The notes under the pieces are model-generated. The model was not told the origin of the DNA. It searched no databases and saw only the letters and a program-made list of their open reading frames with translations. The position numbers were made by a program, and so were the translations under genes. Below, one piece after another: positions 51,144 to 61,631 of a DNA stretch of 64,000 nucleotides (position 1 is the stretch's first letter; the number at the start of each line of letters is the position of its first letter). Origin of the DNA: Candidatus Poribacteria bacterium (lineage in GTDB: Bacteria; Poribacteria; WGA-4E; WGA-3G). The DNA lies in the NCBI GenBank assembly GCA_965205025.1, contig CBDBFU010000032.1, positions 96,001 to 160,000 of the forward strand. Direction: 5' to 3'.

Positions 51144-51216
51144 TAGAATATAGATTTTATGTAGAATTGACCTGAAGAAGTATGTATCCAAGGGATTATC
51201 CATATTCAGTGTGGTA

Positions 51217-51246
51217 ATTATAATGGATATGCAATTATTTTGTCAA
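51217..51246 (-). promoter_or_regulatory. Consensus sigma70 promoter upstream of the Y RNA
   Basis: TTGACA(51246-41)-18-TATAAT(51222-17). Confidence 0.75.
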
Positions 51247-51284
51247 ATATAGTATAGATTAACATCAGTTTGATAATCAAAAAT

Positions 51285-51405
51285 GTCAGTTCGATAAACA
51301 AAATTTTGTCTTGAAGATAGTCTTTGTAGCACAAACTTTCCAGTTTGTGCATCCTGGTGTTAACTAAAAGTTCGGGTTACAATGTGTCTAATCAAACTCA
51401 CGTTA
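51285..51405. repeat. Degenerate AACGTGAG-type MITE with REP core GTAGCACAAACTTTCCAGTTTGTGC
   Basis: Right end ATCAAACTCACGTTA; left end CAGTTCGATAA-like; REP hairpin at 51326-51350. Confidence 0.55.
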
Positions 51406-51649
51406 GATTAAGTATGTTATTGTAAATTGGAATCCTTTCCTTCCAAAGCTTACATACATGCACATGAATGTAAATTCTAATCCTTCCTTAGCAACTATTG
51501 TTAATGTCAATCTCCCGTTAAGTCTATTGAAATATGATAACCATAAGGGTATAATTCTATAGTGTGAAACTGTTAAATTTACATATTTTTTATCTCGAAT
51601 TTTAATCTTCAAATTAGTGTATTGCTATATTTCCGTATGATGGTATTTG

Positions 51650-52729
51650 ATGAAGAAGTTTATTCTCCTAATTCTTTCCATTCTCATATTAGGTATTATT
51701 TCCTACTTCTTTTATTCCCGTTTAGTATTTAATCCTACTCCCATTCTCGTTAATATACCACCCTCAATACCCCATGAGCATGTTACTCCAGAAGGGGAAT
51801 CCGTTAAACATATTCATACCTATGACCTATCTTTTGAACAGCCAAAATTATATAGGGAAATCCCTGCAACAGATATACTAAAGAAACACCCTATCCAGCT
51901 TGAATGGGAACGGATTGACCTTCAAATGATCCGTGAGAAGTATCAACCCTATACTGTATCAGAAATGAAGAATAAATGGTATCAAGTATATAGGAATGAA
52001 TTTGGATCAAATTATCCAACGAAATTAGACAAAGCATACCCTCAAGAAAAATGGCTTAAACAAAATTTGGAATTAGGACAACCATTAGCAGAATACATGG
52101 ATTATAGAGTAGTAATGCAACGGAGAATATATATGATAAATAGACGTGATTTATGGAGGGTTGTTAGTCCAGAGAAAAAGGAAGCTATGCGAAATAGTCT
52201 ACAATTACCACTATATATTGATACCTGGAGAGAGTACGAAGATGCCTATCTTAAGTTCTGGATTGTTGCTTCGTACGAATCCTTGGTATCAGACAAAATG
52301 GAAACTGTTTCTGCTTATGTAGTGAATAAGGAGTTTTTCTCAAAATTCACTGGTGGACGGCTTAGTCGGAAAGAGAAATATGACTTGATGGTGTATGGGG
52401 TGATTCCTGATGGGAAAAACATCGTATATTATAAATCAGATGGTGAGATTCTACCACCACGTGTAAAACCTCGTTATTACGAACGCTATATGGTAGAATT
52501 AAATCAAGCACAAAAAAACGTAGATAAGATGATTAGGGATCATCAAAGTTTTTTTCAATCCAGCAAAAAGGAAAGAAGAAAAACAAAACTTAAAAATCCA
52601 GTAGCCTTCTCATTGTTAAAGGAACTTCATTGGGGTGAATATCCAGATGATCTTCAGACTTTAGAGAAAGCGATTACTAAACTTGAAGAAATACGGACTG
52701 ATGGGGAAGCAAAGATACATAAAAGGTGA
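51650..52729 (+). CDS. Hypothetical membrane-anchored protein
   Basis: 359-aa ORF with an N-terminal TM helix and a His-rich HEH...HIH segment; no family recognised. Confidence 0.7.
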   Translation: MKKFILLILSILILGIISYFFYSRLVFNPTPILVNIPPSIPHEHVTPEGESVKHIHTYDLSFEQPKLYREIPATDILKKHPIQLEWERIDLQMIREKYQPYTVSEMKNKWYQVYRNEFGSNYPTKLDKAYPQEKWLKQNLELGQPLAEYMDYRVVMQRRIYMINRRDLWRVVSPEKKEAMRNSLQLPLYIDTWREYEDAYLKFWIVASYESLVSDKMETVSAYVVNKEFFSKFTGGRLSRKEKYDLMVYGVIPDGKNIVYYKSDGEILPPRVKPRYYERYMVELNQAQKNVDKMIRDHQSFFQSSKKERRKTKLKNPVAFSLLKELHWGEYPDDLQTLEKAITKLEEIRTDGEAKIHKR

Positions 52730-52929
52730 AATTTCTTCAAAAACTGTCTGATTCCTATTCAATTGATATATTGCTTTTTTAATGTTAAATTAAGTATCAT
52801 TAACACCTAATGTCCATAACTCTAATCACGTTCTATCGTTGTATTTTTTCAGTTATTTAAAACATGATGTGGTCTTACGATATAATCCCTATTAAATGGA
52901 GAAACCGTTATATTTGGTAATTAATCTAC

Positions 52930-54813
52930 ATGGCAAAAATAAAAATTCTATCATCAGATGTTGCGAATAAAATCGCTGCAGGAGAAGTTGTCGAACGTCC
53001 TTCCTCTGTTGTAAAAGAACTTATTGAAAATGCAATTGACGCTGAGAGTACAAGTATTAGAGTAGAAATCCGAGCTGGTGGAAAAGCACTGATCCGTGTT
53101 TCAGATAATGGTATCGGTATGGAACGTGAGGATGCTTTACTGGCAATAGAACGACATGCAACAAGTAAAGTGAGTCAAATTGAGGATCTTGAGAATATCC
53201 ATACATTTGGATTTCGGGGTGAAGCATTGGCAAGTATTGCGTCTGTTTCTGAATTTGAACTTCTTACACGCACTCCTGATGCAATTCAAGGGACCCAGAT
53301 AAATGTTGATGGTGGTGTATTTCGATCGGTTGAAGAGAGTGGTTGTTCACCAGGAACACATATTTCGATTAGCAATCTTTTCCATAATGTCCCCGCACGT
53401 CTTAAGTTTCTTAAGACAGATACCACAGAAATTAACCATATAACTAACCATGTAACATGGGCAGCATTAGCACATCCGACGATTCATTTTTCTTTGACAC
53501 ATAATACAAAGACGATCTTAGATGTACGTGCTTGCGATTCCTATTTGGAAAGAACAAGACTATTGTATGGTAAAGATTTTGCTGATAATGTAATTGAATT
53601 TCAAGAGGAATTATCCGAATTCAATGTATCAGGACTCTTAGGAAAACCTGATTTTACTAAGACAAATCGTGAATATCAACTCTTTTTCATGAATCAACGT
53701 CCGATACGGAGTCAGATGCTTGGAGCAGCATTAAGGGAAGGGGTAAGCGCGACAGTACAAAAAGATCGACATGCAGTCGCATTTCTTTTTATGACTCTTG
53801 AACCTGATAAAGTTGATGTGAATGTGCATCCTGCTAAAATAGAAGTACGGTTCAGAAACGAACGTACAATATTTAGTGGAATTGTTAAGGTTTTACGGAG
53901 TGTGATAAATAGAGAGAAATTCATACCTAAAATAGAAACTCCTATAGAAACATCTGAAGAGAAAACACCTGAAGAATTACATCCAGATCCAATACCAGTT
54001 TCTACAACTACCCAACCACAATCCAAAACAACGACTTCAACAGATCATAGAATTGAACCTATCAACACATCTGAACCGATAGAGGAACGTATTGAAACAG
54101 TTGAACCTAAATCTGTAGAAACAGAAGCACAACCTGAAGAAGAAACTAAACCTACAAGTAAGGTTTCAGGAACTACCGTTGTTCACCCACAACAATCAAT
54201 ACCAGATGGTGTAAAACTAAAACTACTTGATTTTGAAAATGTCGAACTGAAGACAAATCTATTTAAGACCTATATTGTCGCTGAAGGTGAAGATAGAATC
54301 TTCTTTATTGATCAACACGTTGCTGCGGAACGTGTTCTATATGAACGATTTGTCAATCAGTTAAAAACTGATGGCATCCCAGTACAAGGTCTTCTACTAC
54401 CCATTACTTTAGAAGTGACTCCTCAACAGATTGGTATACTAAAGGTTCATGGAGAGTTATTCAAAAAAATTGGGTTTGATTTAGAAGACTTTGGTGGAAA
54501 TACCATCCTTATCCGAGCTATCCCATCAACACTTCCTACCCGATCAGCAGGACAAACTGTCACAGATCTTCTTGATAAACTCCCAGAACAACCACATTCT
54601 GAAGTGGAAATTCCCAAAGCAATTGATGATGCGCTGATTACGTTAGCCTGTCAATCAGCAGTAAAGGCTGGTGATACCTTGGACACTAAAGAAATGATTA
54701 ACCTCATTCGGGAGTTATCATACGCCAAACTCCCTTTCAATTGTCCTCATTCCAGACCAATCATCATAGAAATGGGTCGTGATGAATTGGAACGTCGTTT
54801 TCATCGATCCTAA
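52930..54813 (+). CDS. mutL: DNA mismatch repair endonuclease MutL
   Basis: NKIAAGEVVERP, GFRGEAL, DVNVHPAK, IDQHVAAER..YE, ACQSAVK and CPHSRP motifs. Confidence 0.97.
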   Translation: MAKIKILSSDVANKIAAGEVVERPSSVVKELIENAIDAESTSIRVEIRAGGKALIRVSDNGIGMEREDALLAIERHATSKVSQIEDLENIHTFGFRGEALASIASVSEFELLTRTPDAIQGTQINVDGGVFRSVEESGCSPGTHISISNLFHNVPARLKFLKTDTTEINHITNHVTWAALAHPTIHFSLTHNTKTILDVRACDSYLERTRLLYGKDFADNVIEFQEELSEFNVSGLLGKPDFTKTNREYQLFFMNQRPIRSQMLGAALREGVSATVQKDRHAVAFLFMTLEPDKVDVNVHPAKIEVRFRNERTIFSGIVKVLRSVINREKFIPKIETPIETSEEKTPEELHPDPIPVSTTTQPQSKTTTSTDHRIEPINTSEPIEERIETVEPKSVETEAQPEEETKPTSKVSGTTVVHPQQSIPDGVKLKLLDFENVELKTNLFKTYIVAEGEDRIFFIDQHVAAERVLYERFVNQLKTDGIPVQGLLLPITLEVTPQQIGILKVHGELFKKIGFDLEDFGGNTILIRAIPSTLPTRSAGQTVTDLLDKLPEQPHSEVEIPKAIDDALITLACQSAVKAGDTLDTKEMINLIRELSYAKLPFNCPHSRPIIIEMGRDELERRFHRS

Positions 54814-54837
54814 CATTCAAATTGGTCCATAATAGAG

Positions 54838-56754
54838 ATGATGAATCTTACACGAACTACAATCGCGTTATTAATGACTATTTATTTTATAACATATAAT
54901 GTTAATGCAGATGATTTCTCAACATGGGAACTCCCTGAAGGTGCGGTTATGCGTCTTGGTAAGAGTCGGATAAGTGGAAATTTTGCTTTCTCACCGGATA
55001 GCACACGACTTGCAGTAGCCAGTGAAATTGGGATCTGGATTTATGATGTCCGATTGGATAATAAACCGAAAGAACTTATGCTCCTCACGGGTCATCAAAA
55101 TGGTGTTAAGAGGGTTGTTTTCTCACCTGATGGGAAAACCATTGCAAGTGGGGGTTCGGATCATACTGTTCGTTTATGGAATGCTGGAAATGGAGAGCAG
55201 GGGTATAGAATGGAAGGACACCCGTGGATAATCTCAGCATTAGCGTTCTCTCCTGATGGAAAAACACTTGCTTCAGCAAACGAACATTATGAGGATGGTA
55301 CGAGAATAATTGAATCGGAGATTAGATTGTGGGATGTAGAAAATGGACAACATATCACGACACTGAAAGGACATACAGATACGATCACATCATTATCATT
55401 TTCAATGGATGGTAAGACATTGGGAAGTGGTGGGAATGATAATGCTGTCTTATTGTGGAATATTGAGACTGAACAAATGACACCCTTATATGCTGAACAT
55501 GATAATAGCGTAAATTTTGTTGGATATACATCAGATGGCAACTCATTAATTACGGGGAGTTCGGATAACACTGTTAAAGTATGGGATGCTAAACGTGGAT
55601 ATAACAAATTAACAATAAAACTGAATCCATTGTTTGATTTATCAATAGTTGCAGTATCTCCTGATACCAAGACTATCGCTACTGGTGATTATGAGGCAAT
55701 TAAATTATGGAATTCAGAAACAGGTGAATTCAAAACAACAATCAAATCAAATGATTATAATATCTATAACTTATCATTCTCTCCTGATGGTAAAATTCTG
55801 GCATCTAAGGGATTTGGTGAAAATGTGATGTTATGGGATTTAGAAAAACTTAATCATAAGTCAACAATTGAGGGACATGGTGGTTCAGTCCTTTCTATAG
55901 CATATTCACCTGTTGGAAATACGATTGCTTCTGTGGGTAAGGGTAGAGCAGGTCTTTTATGGGATACACAGACTGGACAAAACAAAGCTGCCCTTAAAGG
56001 GTACTTTGCCTCTGTACTTACGTCAGTAGCCTACTCACCAGATGGGAATACCATTGCTACTGGAGGTAAGATGAAAAGAGTATTATTCTGGGAAGGACGG
56101 AAACGGATTTTACAGACATATTCAAGAAAACCGAAATCAGAAAGAATTGAAACCAGAGAAAATATAAATTCTATAGCATATTCCCCTGATGGTGATACAC
56201 TTGCTATAGGACTTACAGACAACACGGTCCGGTTATGCAACGCAAAGTTAAAAAAGGAAAGAAGAAAATTGGCAGGACATACAGATAATGTTACATCAGT
56301 CGATTTCTCCCCTGATGGTAGTATCCTTGCAAGTGGGAGTCAAGATACCACAATTAGTTTGTGGAACCTACACACAAAAGAACATGTGGCTAGACTTGAT
56401 GGACATAAAGCACGAATCACATCAGTTGCTTTTTCTCCTGATGGTACCACACTCGCGAGTGCAAGTGCTGATAATCATGTTTTCCTATGGAATGTTGAAT
56501 CCGAAGATATAAAATTGAAAATTGGAGAAAATAATTGGCAATTTCTGAGTGTTTCATTCTCCCCAGATGGTTCAAAAATTGTTACAGGGGATCGAAGAGG
56601 TCTTGTTCAGTTGTGGGATACAACAACTGGTAATCTAATACACACTTACAAAGGACATTCACAGGATGCAAATACAGTGAAATTCTCTCCTGATGGAAAG
56701 ACAATTGCCAGTGGTGGTAATGAAGGGACAGTCCTTGTTTGGAATCTGCCATAA
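54838..56754 (+). CDS. Secreted WD40-repeat protein
   Basis: Signal peptide, DFSTWELPEGAVMRLGK cap, WD40 repeats. Confidence 0.9.
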   Translation: MMNLTRTTIALLMTIYFITYNVNADDFSTWELPEGAVMRLGKSRISGNFAFSPDSTRLAVASEIGIWIYDVRLDNKPKELMLLTGHQNGVKRVVFSPDGKTIASGGSDHTVRLWNAGNGEQGYRMEGHPWIISALAFSPDGKTLASANEHYEDGTRIIESEIRLWDVENGQHITTLKGHTDTITSLSFSMDGKTLGSGGNDNAVLLWNIETEQMTPLYAEHDNSVNFVGYTSDGNSLITGSSDNTVKVWDAKRGYNKLTIKLNPLFDLSIVAVSPDTKTIATGDYEAIKLWNSETGEFKTTIKSNDYNIYNLSFSPDGKILASKGFGENVMLWDLEKLNHKSTIEGHGGSVLSIAYSPVGNTIASVGKGRAGLLWDTQTGQNKAALKGYFASVLTSVAYSPDGNTIATGGKMKRVLFWEGRKRILQTYSRKPKSERIETRENINSIAYSPDGDTLAIGLTDNTVRLCNAKLKKERRKLAGHTDNVTSVDFSPDGSILASGSQDTTISLWNLHTKEHVARLDGHKARITSVAFSPDGTTLASASADNHVFLWNVESEDIKLKIGENNWQFLSVSFSPDGSKIVTGDRRGLVQLWDTTTGNLIHTYKGHSQDANTVKFSPDGKTIASGGNEGTVLVWNLP

Positions 56755-56936
56755 TTATTAGTACATCAGGTTTGAAATATAATGTCCTTTGTAGGTTTAA
56801 GCATCCTATTTTATTACTAAATACATTTAGGAATTGACTTTTCCTTCTGACTTGTTCATTGTTATATTCCCTGTTTAACCCGAAATTCATTATACGCTAA
56901 CTAACTTACCTTGAAAGTACTAAATTAGAAAGTATT

Positions 56937-58850
56937 ATGAAGTTATTTAAAATCCTATTAATTTCCTCTTTCTTAGGTTGGTTTTTTCAAATAACTGCCA
57001 CAGGAGCAGATTACACCACATTGAGTTTGCCTGAAGGAGCAATAAAACGACTTGGGAAAGGTGTAATTACCGGAAATGTGGCTTTTTCTCCTAATGGTTT
57101 TCATCTTGCTGTTGGTAGTTCAATCGGTATATGGATTTATGAAATACGTGAGGATATGGTAAAAGAAATAGATCTTCTCACTGGACATACTGATAGTGTA
57201 TATACGTTAGCATATTCTCAGAATGGGAGGATGCTTGCGTCAGGAAGTTGGGATCATACGATACGATTGTGGGATGGACAAACAGGCATACTCATAGATA
57301 CACTTGAAGGACATACAGACAAAGTCAATTGTGTTGTATTTTCAGGAGATGGAAAAATACTTGCAAGTGGAAGTAAAGATAAAACAGTTAAACTTTGGGA
57401 CATAGAGACAGGGGACGTTAGTTATACAAATATAGACCATACTGACAGTGTTACTTCAGTGGCATTTTCTCCAGATGGTAATATCCTTGCAAGTGGAAGT
57501 AAAGATAAAACCATACGAATGATAAATGTACAAACAAAAGACCATATTACAACAATAAAAGAACATACCCATGAGGTTACAACTATTGCATTTTCTCCTG
57601 ATGGCAATATACTTGCAAGTGGTGGTAAAGACAAGACAATCCGTCTGTGGGATATTCAAAAAAATGAATCTATGATTCTACTTAGTGAAGATATAGGTAT
57701 AGTGAATACTTTGATATATTCTCCTGAAGGAAATCGATTGGCAAGTATGGATATGCAAAATGTCATACATTTATGGAACGGAAAAACAGGACAACACCAG
57801 TCTTCATTTAGAGTAAAGACTGCAATAGGTAAATATAAGTCAACAATAGTAGGTCATTCGGCTCCTATCCGGTCTTCAGTGGCAATTACGCCAGATGGAA
57901 ACATAATCGCAAGTGTAACTTGGGACAATATTATACGATTATGGGATACGCATACAAAGGAACTAATTCACCAAATCACTGGACATACGGATATAGTTAA
58001 CTCAATTGCATATTCTAATGAAAATATGATTGCTGCGGGTTATGAAGATGGCACAATGGTGTTGTGGGATATTGATTCTGAAACCAGCAAAACATACTTA
58101 GGTCATACAAGTTCTGTGCAATCTGTGGACATATCATCTGATGGAAACATGATTGCAACAGGAAGTAATGACTTAACCTTACGGCTGTGGGACACCAAAA
58201 CAGAAATGGAAATCACCACATTTAAAGAACATACTATAAATGTGTATACTGTTGCATTTTCTCCAGATGGCAGCAAAATTGTATCAGGCAGCTACGACAA
58301 AACAGTTCGACTATGGGATATAGATGCAAAACAGCATCTTGCGACTTTTGTTGGACATACACAACCAGTTGTGTCAGTTGCATTTTCACCAGACGGTTCC
58401 ACAGTTGCAAGTGCAAGTTTTGACGAGACAATATGTTTATTGGATTCAGACACACTTACAGATAAAGCAACACTTACAGATAAAGCAACACTTAGAGGAC
58501 ATCGTGGAATACTGACCTCTGTTAAGATTTCACCAGATAACTCAACAATCGCTTCGGGTGGTACAGATTCAAGAGTATGGCTATGGGATACACAAACCTA
58601 TGAACATAAGACTACTCTCATTGGACATACATCAACCGTTACAACACTTGACTATTCTCCTGATGGTAATCTGATAGTTACGGGTAGTTGGGATAAGACA
58701 ATTCGTTTCTGGCATGCTTCTTTTGGAAAACATATAACTACATTTACAGGACATACCATAGGTGTTACCTCAGTAGTGTTTTCTTCAAATGGCAATACTA
58801 TTGCGAGTGGTAGTTATGATGGCACAATACTAATTTGGAAGATTCAATAA
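56937..58850 (+). CDS. Secreted WD40-repeat protein
   Basis: Signal peptide, DYTTLSLPEGAIKRLGKG cap, WD40 repeats. Confidence 0.9.
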   Translation: MKLFKILLISSFLGWFFQITATGADYTTLSLPEGAIKRLGKGVITGNVAFSPNGFHLAVGSSIGIWIYEIREDMVKEIDLLTGHTDSVYTLAYSQNGRMLASGSWDHTIRLWDGQTGILIDTLEGHTDKVNCVVFSGDGKILASGSKDKTVKLWDIETGDVSYTNIDHTDSVTSVAFSPDGNILASGSKDKTIRMINVQTKDHITTIKEHTHEVTTIAFSPDGNILASGGKDKTIRLWDIQKNESMILLSEDIGIVNTLIYSPEGNRLASMDMQNVIHLWNGKTGQHQSSFRVKTAIGKYKSTIVGHSAPIRSSVAITPDGNIIASVTWDNIIRLWDTHTKELIHQITGHTDIVNSIAYSNENMIAAGYEDGTMVLWDIDSETSKTYLGHTSSVQSVDISSDGNMIATGSNDLTLRLWDTKTEMEITTFKEHTINVYTVAFSPDGSKIVSGSYDKTVRLWDIDAKQHLATFVGHTQPVVSVAFSPDGSTVASASFDETICLLDSDTLTDKATLTDKATLRGHRGILTSVKISPDNSTIASGGTDSRVWLWDTQTYEHKTTLIGHTSTVTTLDYSPDGNLIVTGSWDKTIRFWHASFGKHITTFTGHTIGVTSVVFSSNGNTIASGSYDGTILIWKIQ

Positions 58851-58884
58851 AGCTGCTCGGTGGACTGTCATGACCCTTATATAT

Positions 58885-60777
58885 TTACAATACCCAAACT
58901 GCCATTTGTCCTGCACCACGATTACTCCAAGCATAGTAGGGTATCGCGGTAACATCAATTTTATTCGAAATAGGTTTTGATAGGTAGAGTTGATTATCCC
59001 AATCGGATGCATCATATACTAAACCTGTTCCTTTTAACAACGTAACACCATTCAAGAACTCATTATTGTATTCTGCGTGAATTGAAGCATCATCGAAAAG
59101 AGATAACGTTTCAAAAGCTCCATCGGAGTTATCAATATCTTCAAAACAGTAAAGTAAGGGACCACGTTGTAAGGCGGATCGACCAAGATTATCTCTTACA
59201 TTGGGATGTGCAAAAATCCTATCAACTGGCATATCCATTTTCAATTCAACAATATCACCAGACTTCCATTGTCTATTAACGGTTAGATATCCCGATGAAG
59301 TTCCTGTATTATTAAGTCCTTCTCCATTAACAGTAATTGAATGATTTTTACACCAGCCGGGAATACGTAAATTGAGTGTGAAGGAAGTTGATTTTTCAGG
59401 ATTAACTGTTATTCTTACATATCCTGACCATGGATAATCGGTCTCTTGGGTTAATTTCAATGACACATCACTTGTAAGTGTTGTCGAAGCAGAACCACCA
59501 ACATATAGGTTTACCCATATATCATCTTCGGATTGAGCATAGATATACTCACCTAAAGATCCGAACAAACGCGCAATATTTGGAGGACAACATGCACACC
59601 CAAACCAAGGACTACGTTCTCTACCACCCCGACTTGCTAATGGATTCTGATAGAAGAAACCCGTACCATCAAGAGATACTCCAGACAACGCACCATTATA
59701 TAGGGCAGTTTCTAAGACATCCATATACCGTGAAATACCCTTTAATAGGAACATTCGGTGTGCCCAAAAGATTAATCCTATGGATGCACAAGTTTCAGCA
59801 TAGGCAGAAAAATTTGGTAACTCATAATCTTGTGTGAAACCTTCATTGTGTCCTGACGGACCCACACCACCTGTGATATATAATCTTTTTTCCACATTTT
59901 GCCAAAGTGCTTCAAGTGCATCTGTAATCTCACTATCTCCGGTCTCATTGGCAATATCTGCAGCACCAGCATATAGATACATTGCTCTAACAGCATGCCC
60001 GACACATTCTTTCTGATCTTTTAGGGGTAGATGTGCCTGTGAATATGTGCCTTCATATTTGCCATCACGTGTGTAATGATGTTGGTATGCCCCTAATCCA
60101 CCAGGTAAATCTGGATTCTCTAATTCTTTTTCAAACACATGCGGTGATTGACCACGTGTCTTTACAAAGTATTCCGATAGTGCCATATAACGTTTTTCAC
60201 CAGTTACACGTGCTAATTTTACTAAGGCAAGTTCTATTCCTTGGTGTCCAGGGAACCCATCCCGTTTTCCTGGTCCGAAAGTATTGTCAATAAGATCAGC
60301 AAAACGACAAGCGACATCAAGTAATTTATCACTCCCAGTCGCTTGGTAATGTGCAACCCCTGCTTCAAATAGATGACCAGCACAATATAATTCATGCATC
60401 ATACCAAGATTTTGCCATCTCTTTTCTGGTTCAACCAGAGTAAAATAGGAATTGAGATACCCGTCATCCTGCTGGCTTTTTGCAATTGTGTCTATCACCT
60501 CATTCAGTTCTTCTTCCCATTCGGGATTTGGGTGTGTGTGAAGAGTATAAGATGCAGCTTCAATTAATTTATGAACATCGGAATCATTGAAAAAAATCCC
60601 TTCAAAGTTGCCTTCCATTAATCCTGCTGCTTTAGCAAAATTGCTTATTCTTCCAGTTATCCTGCACTGTTCAAGTTCGTGAGGAATTGTTTTCTCAGAA
60701 TTCGTCTTTAGACGCGGTGACCAGAAACGGTCATTTATAGTAACATTTGTAAATGGAATTGCTTTCAAGATTATCAC
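58885..60777 (-). CDS. Glycoside hydrolase family 127 (beta-L-arabinofuranosidase-like)
   Basis: DSDV.K..EA, HELYC.GH, GHAVRA.Y, EGF, YAETCASI and CACCPPN (Zn/Cys catalytic) motifs. Confidence 0.93.
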   Translation of the reverse strand: MIILKAIPFTNVTINDRFWSPRLKTNSEKTIPHELEQCRITGRISNFAKAAGLMEGNFEGIFFNDSDVHKLIEAASYTLHTHPNPEWEEELNEVIDTIAKSQQDDGYLNSYFTLVEPEKRWQNLGMMHELYCAGHLFEAGVAHYQATGSDKLLDVACRFADLIDNTFGPGKRDGFPGHQGIELALVKLARVTGEKRYMALSEYFVKTRGQSPHVFEKELENPDLPGGLGAYQHHYTRDGKYEGTYSQAHLPLKDQKECVGHAVRAMYLYAGAADIANETGDSEITDALEALWQNVEKRLYITGGVGPSGHNEGFTQDYELPNFSAYAETCASIGLIFWAHRMFLLKGISRYMDVLETALYNGALSGVSLDGTGFFYQNPLASRGGRERSPWFGCACCPPNIARLFGSLGEYIYAQSEDDIWVNLYVGGSASTTLTSDVSLKLTQETDYPWSGYVRITVNPEKSTSFTLNLRIPGWCKNHSITVNGEGLNNTGTSSGYLTVNRQWKSGDIVELKMDMPVDRIFAHPNVRDNLGRSALQRGPLLYCFEDIDNSDGAFETLSLFDDASIHAEYNNEFLNGVTLLKGTGLVYDASDWDNQLYLSKPISNKIDVTAIPYYAWSNRGAGQMAVWVL

Positions 60778-60914
60778 CTCAGATAGTTATTGTATAATGA
60801 CTATAAATGCTTATTGGGTTGAGATACATAATTAAAGATATCAATCTATATCTTATGGATTTATTTGAACTATGCATAGGAAGGTAAAATAGTGTGTAAG
60901 TAAGGATAATAGAA

Positions 60915-61589
60915 TCAGCGACTTTTTACTGAAATCTGTGCGAAGGTTTCAATTGGAAGATATTTGCTTAATACCTTCCGTATATTTGCTTCTGACAGTT
61001 GTACACGAGAGATTAATACACACTGATTTCGTGAACTCCTTACAAAAGAAGTTTCAAAATCCTTGTAATCTACCCGGCGTTTTGCATTTCCATTTACCTG
61101 TTGTAGTGATACCTGTTGTGTTTGGTCGCTGTATTCAGAAACCGGTACAATTTCCGATTTTCTCCCGTGGAATTCATACTTAACTATTGGTGCCCACCCT
61201 TGTGCGACAAATGCTTTTAGGATATCTAAGTTACAGTTTGAGATTATTGCACTATGCCTGACATTTGCTCGGTTTCTTACATGAAAATCTTCAAGCCCAC
61301 TTCTGCTACTAACAGATGTAACGGGTGTCTTCAAAGCATCCTTAAGAAAAGTAATCTCCTTTAAGTCAACAATCGCTGCTTTCGGTAGATTCATGGAATT
61401 AGTGCTTTGAGTATTTGTTGTAATTTCAGATGAAGATGTTTCAGGAATAGGTAATCGTTGCGATGGCATTGGACCACAATTAATGGCGAAGAGTGTAATA
61501 GTTAGAAATATAAATAATGGAGGTAATGTAGAAGTGAGGTGTTTTGTTACATATTCATAAGATGAAGATTCATTTAATAGACGTTTCAT
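60915..61589 (-). CDS. Hypothetical lipoprotein (degenerate C39-peptidase-like C-terminus)
   Basis: Hydrophobic segment plus AINC lipobox; LK.FV.QG..PIV pattern. Confidence 0.5.
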   Translation of the reverse strand: MKRLLNESSSYEYVTKHLTSTLPPLFIFLTITLFAINCGPMPSQRLPIPETSSSEITTNTQSTNSMNLPKAAIVDLKEITFLKDALKTPVTSVSSRSGLEDFHVRNRANVRHSAIISNCNLDILKAFVAQGWAPIVKYEFHGRKSEIVPVSEYSDQTQQVSLQQVNGNAKRRVDYKDFETSFVRSSRNQCVLISRVQLSEANIRKVLSKYLPIETFAQISVKSR

Positions 61590-61631
61590 TGTATCAATTC
61601 TCCTAATAAGATGTTTTATTATAACTGAAAG

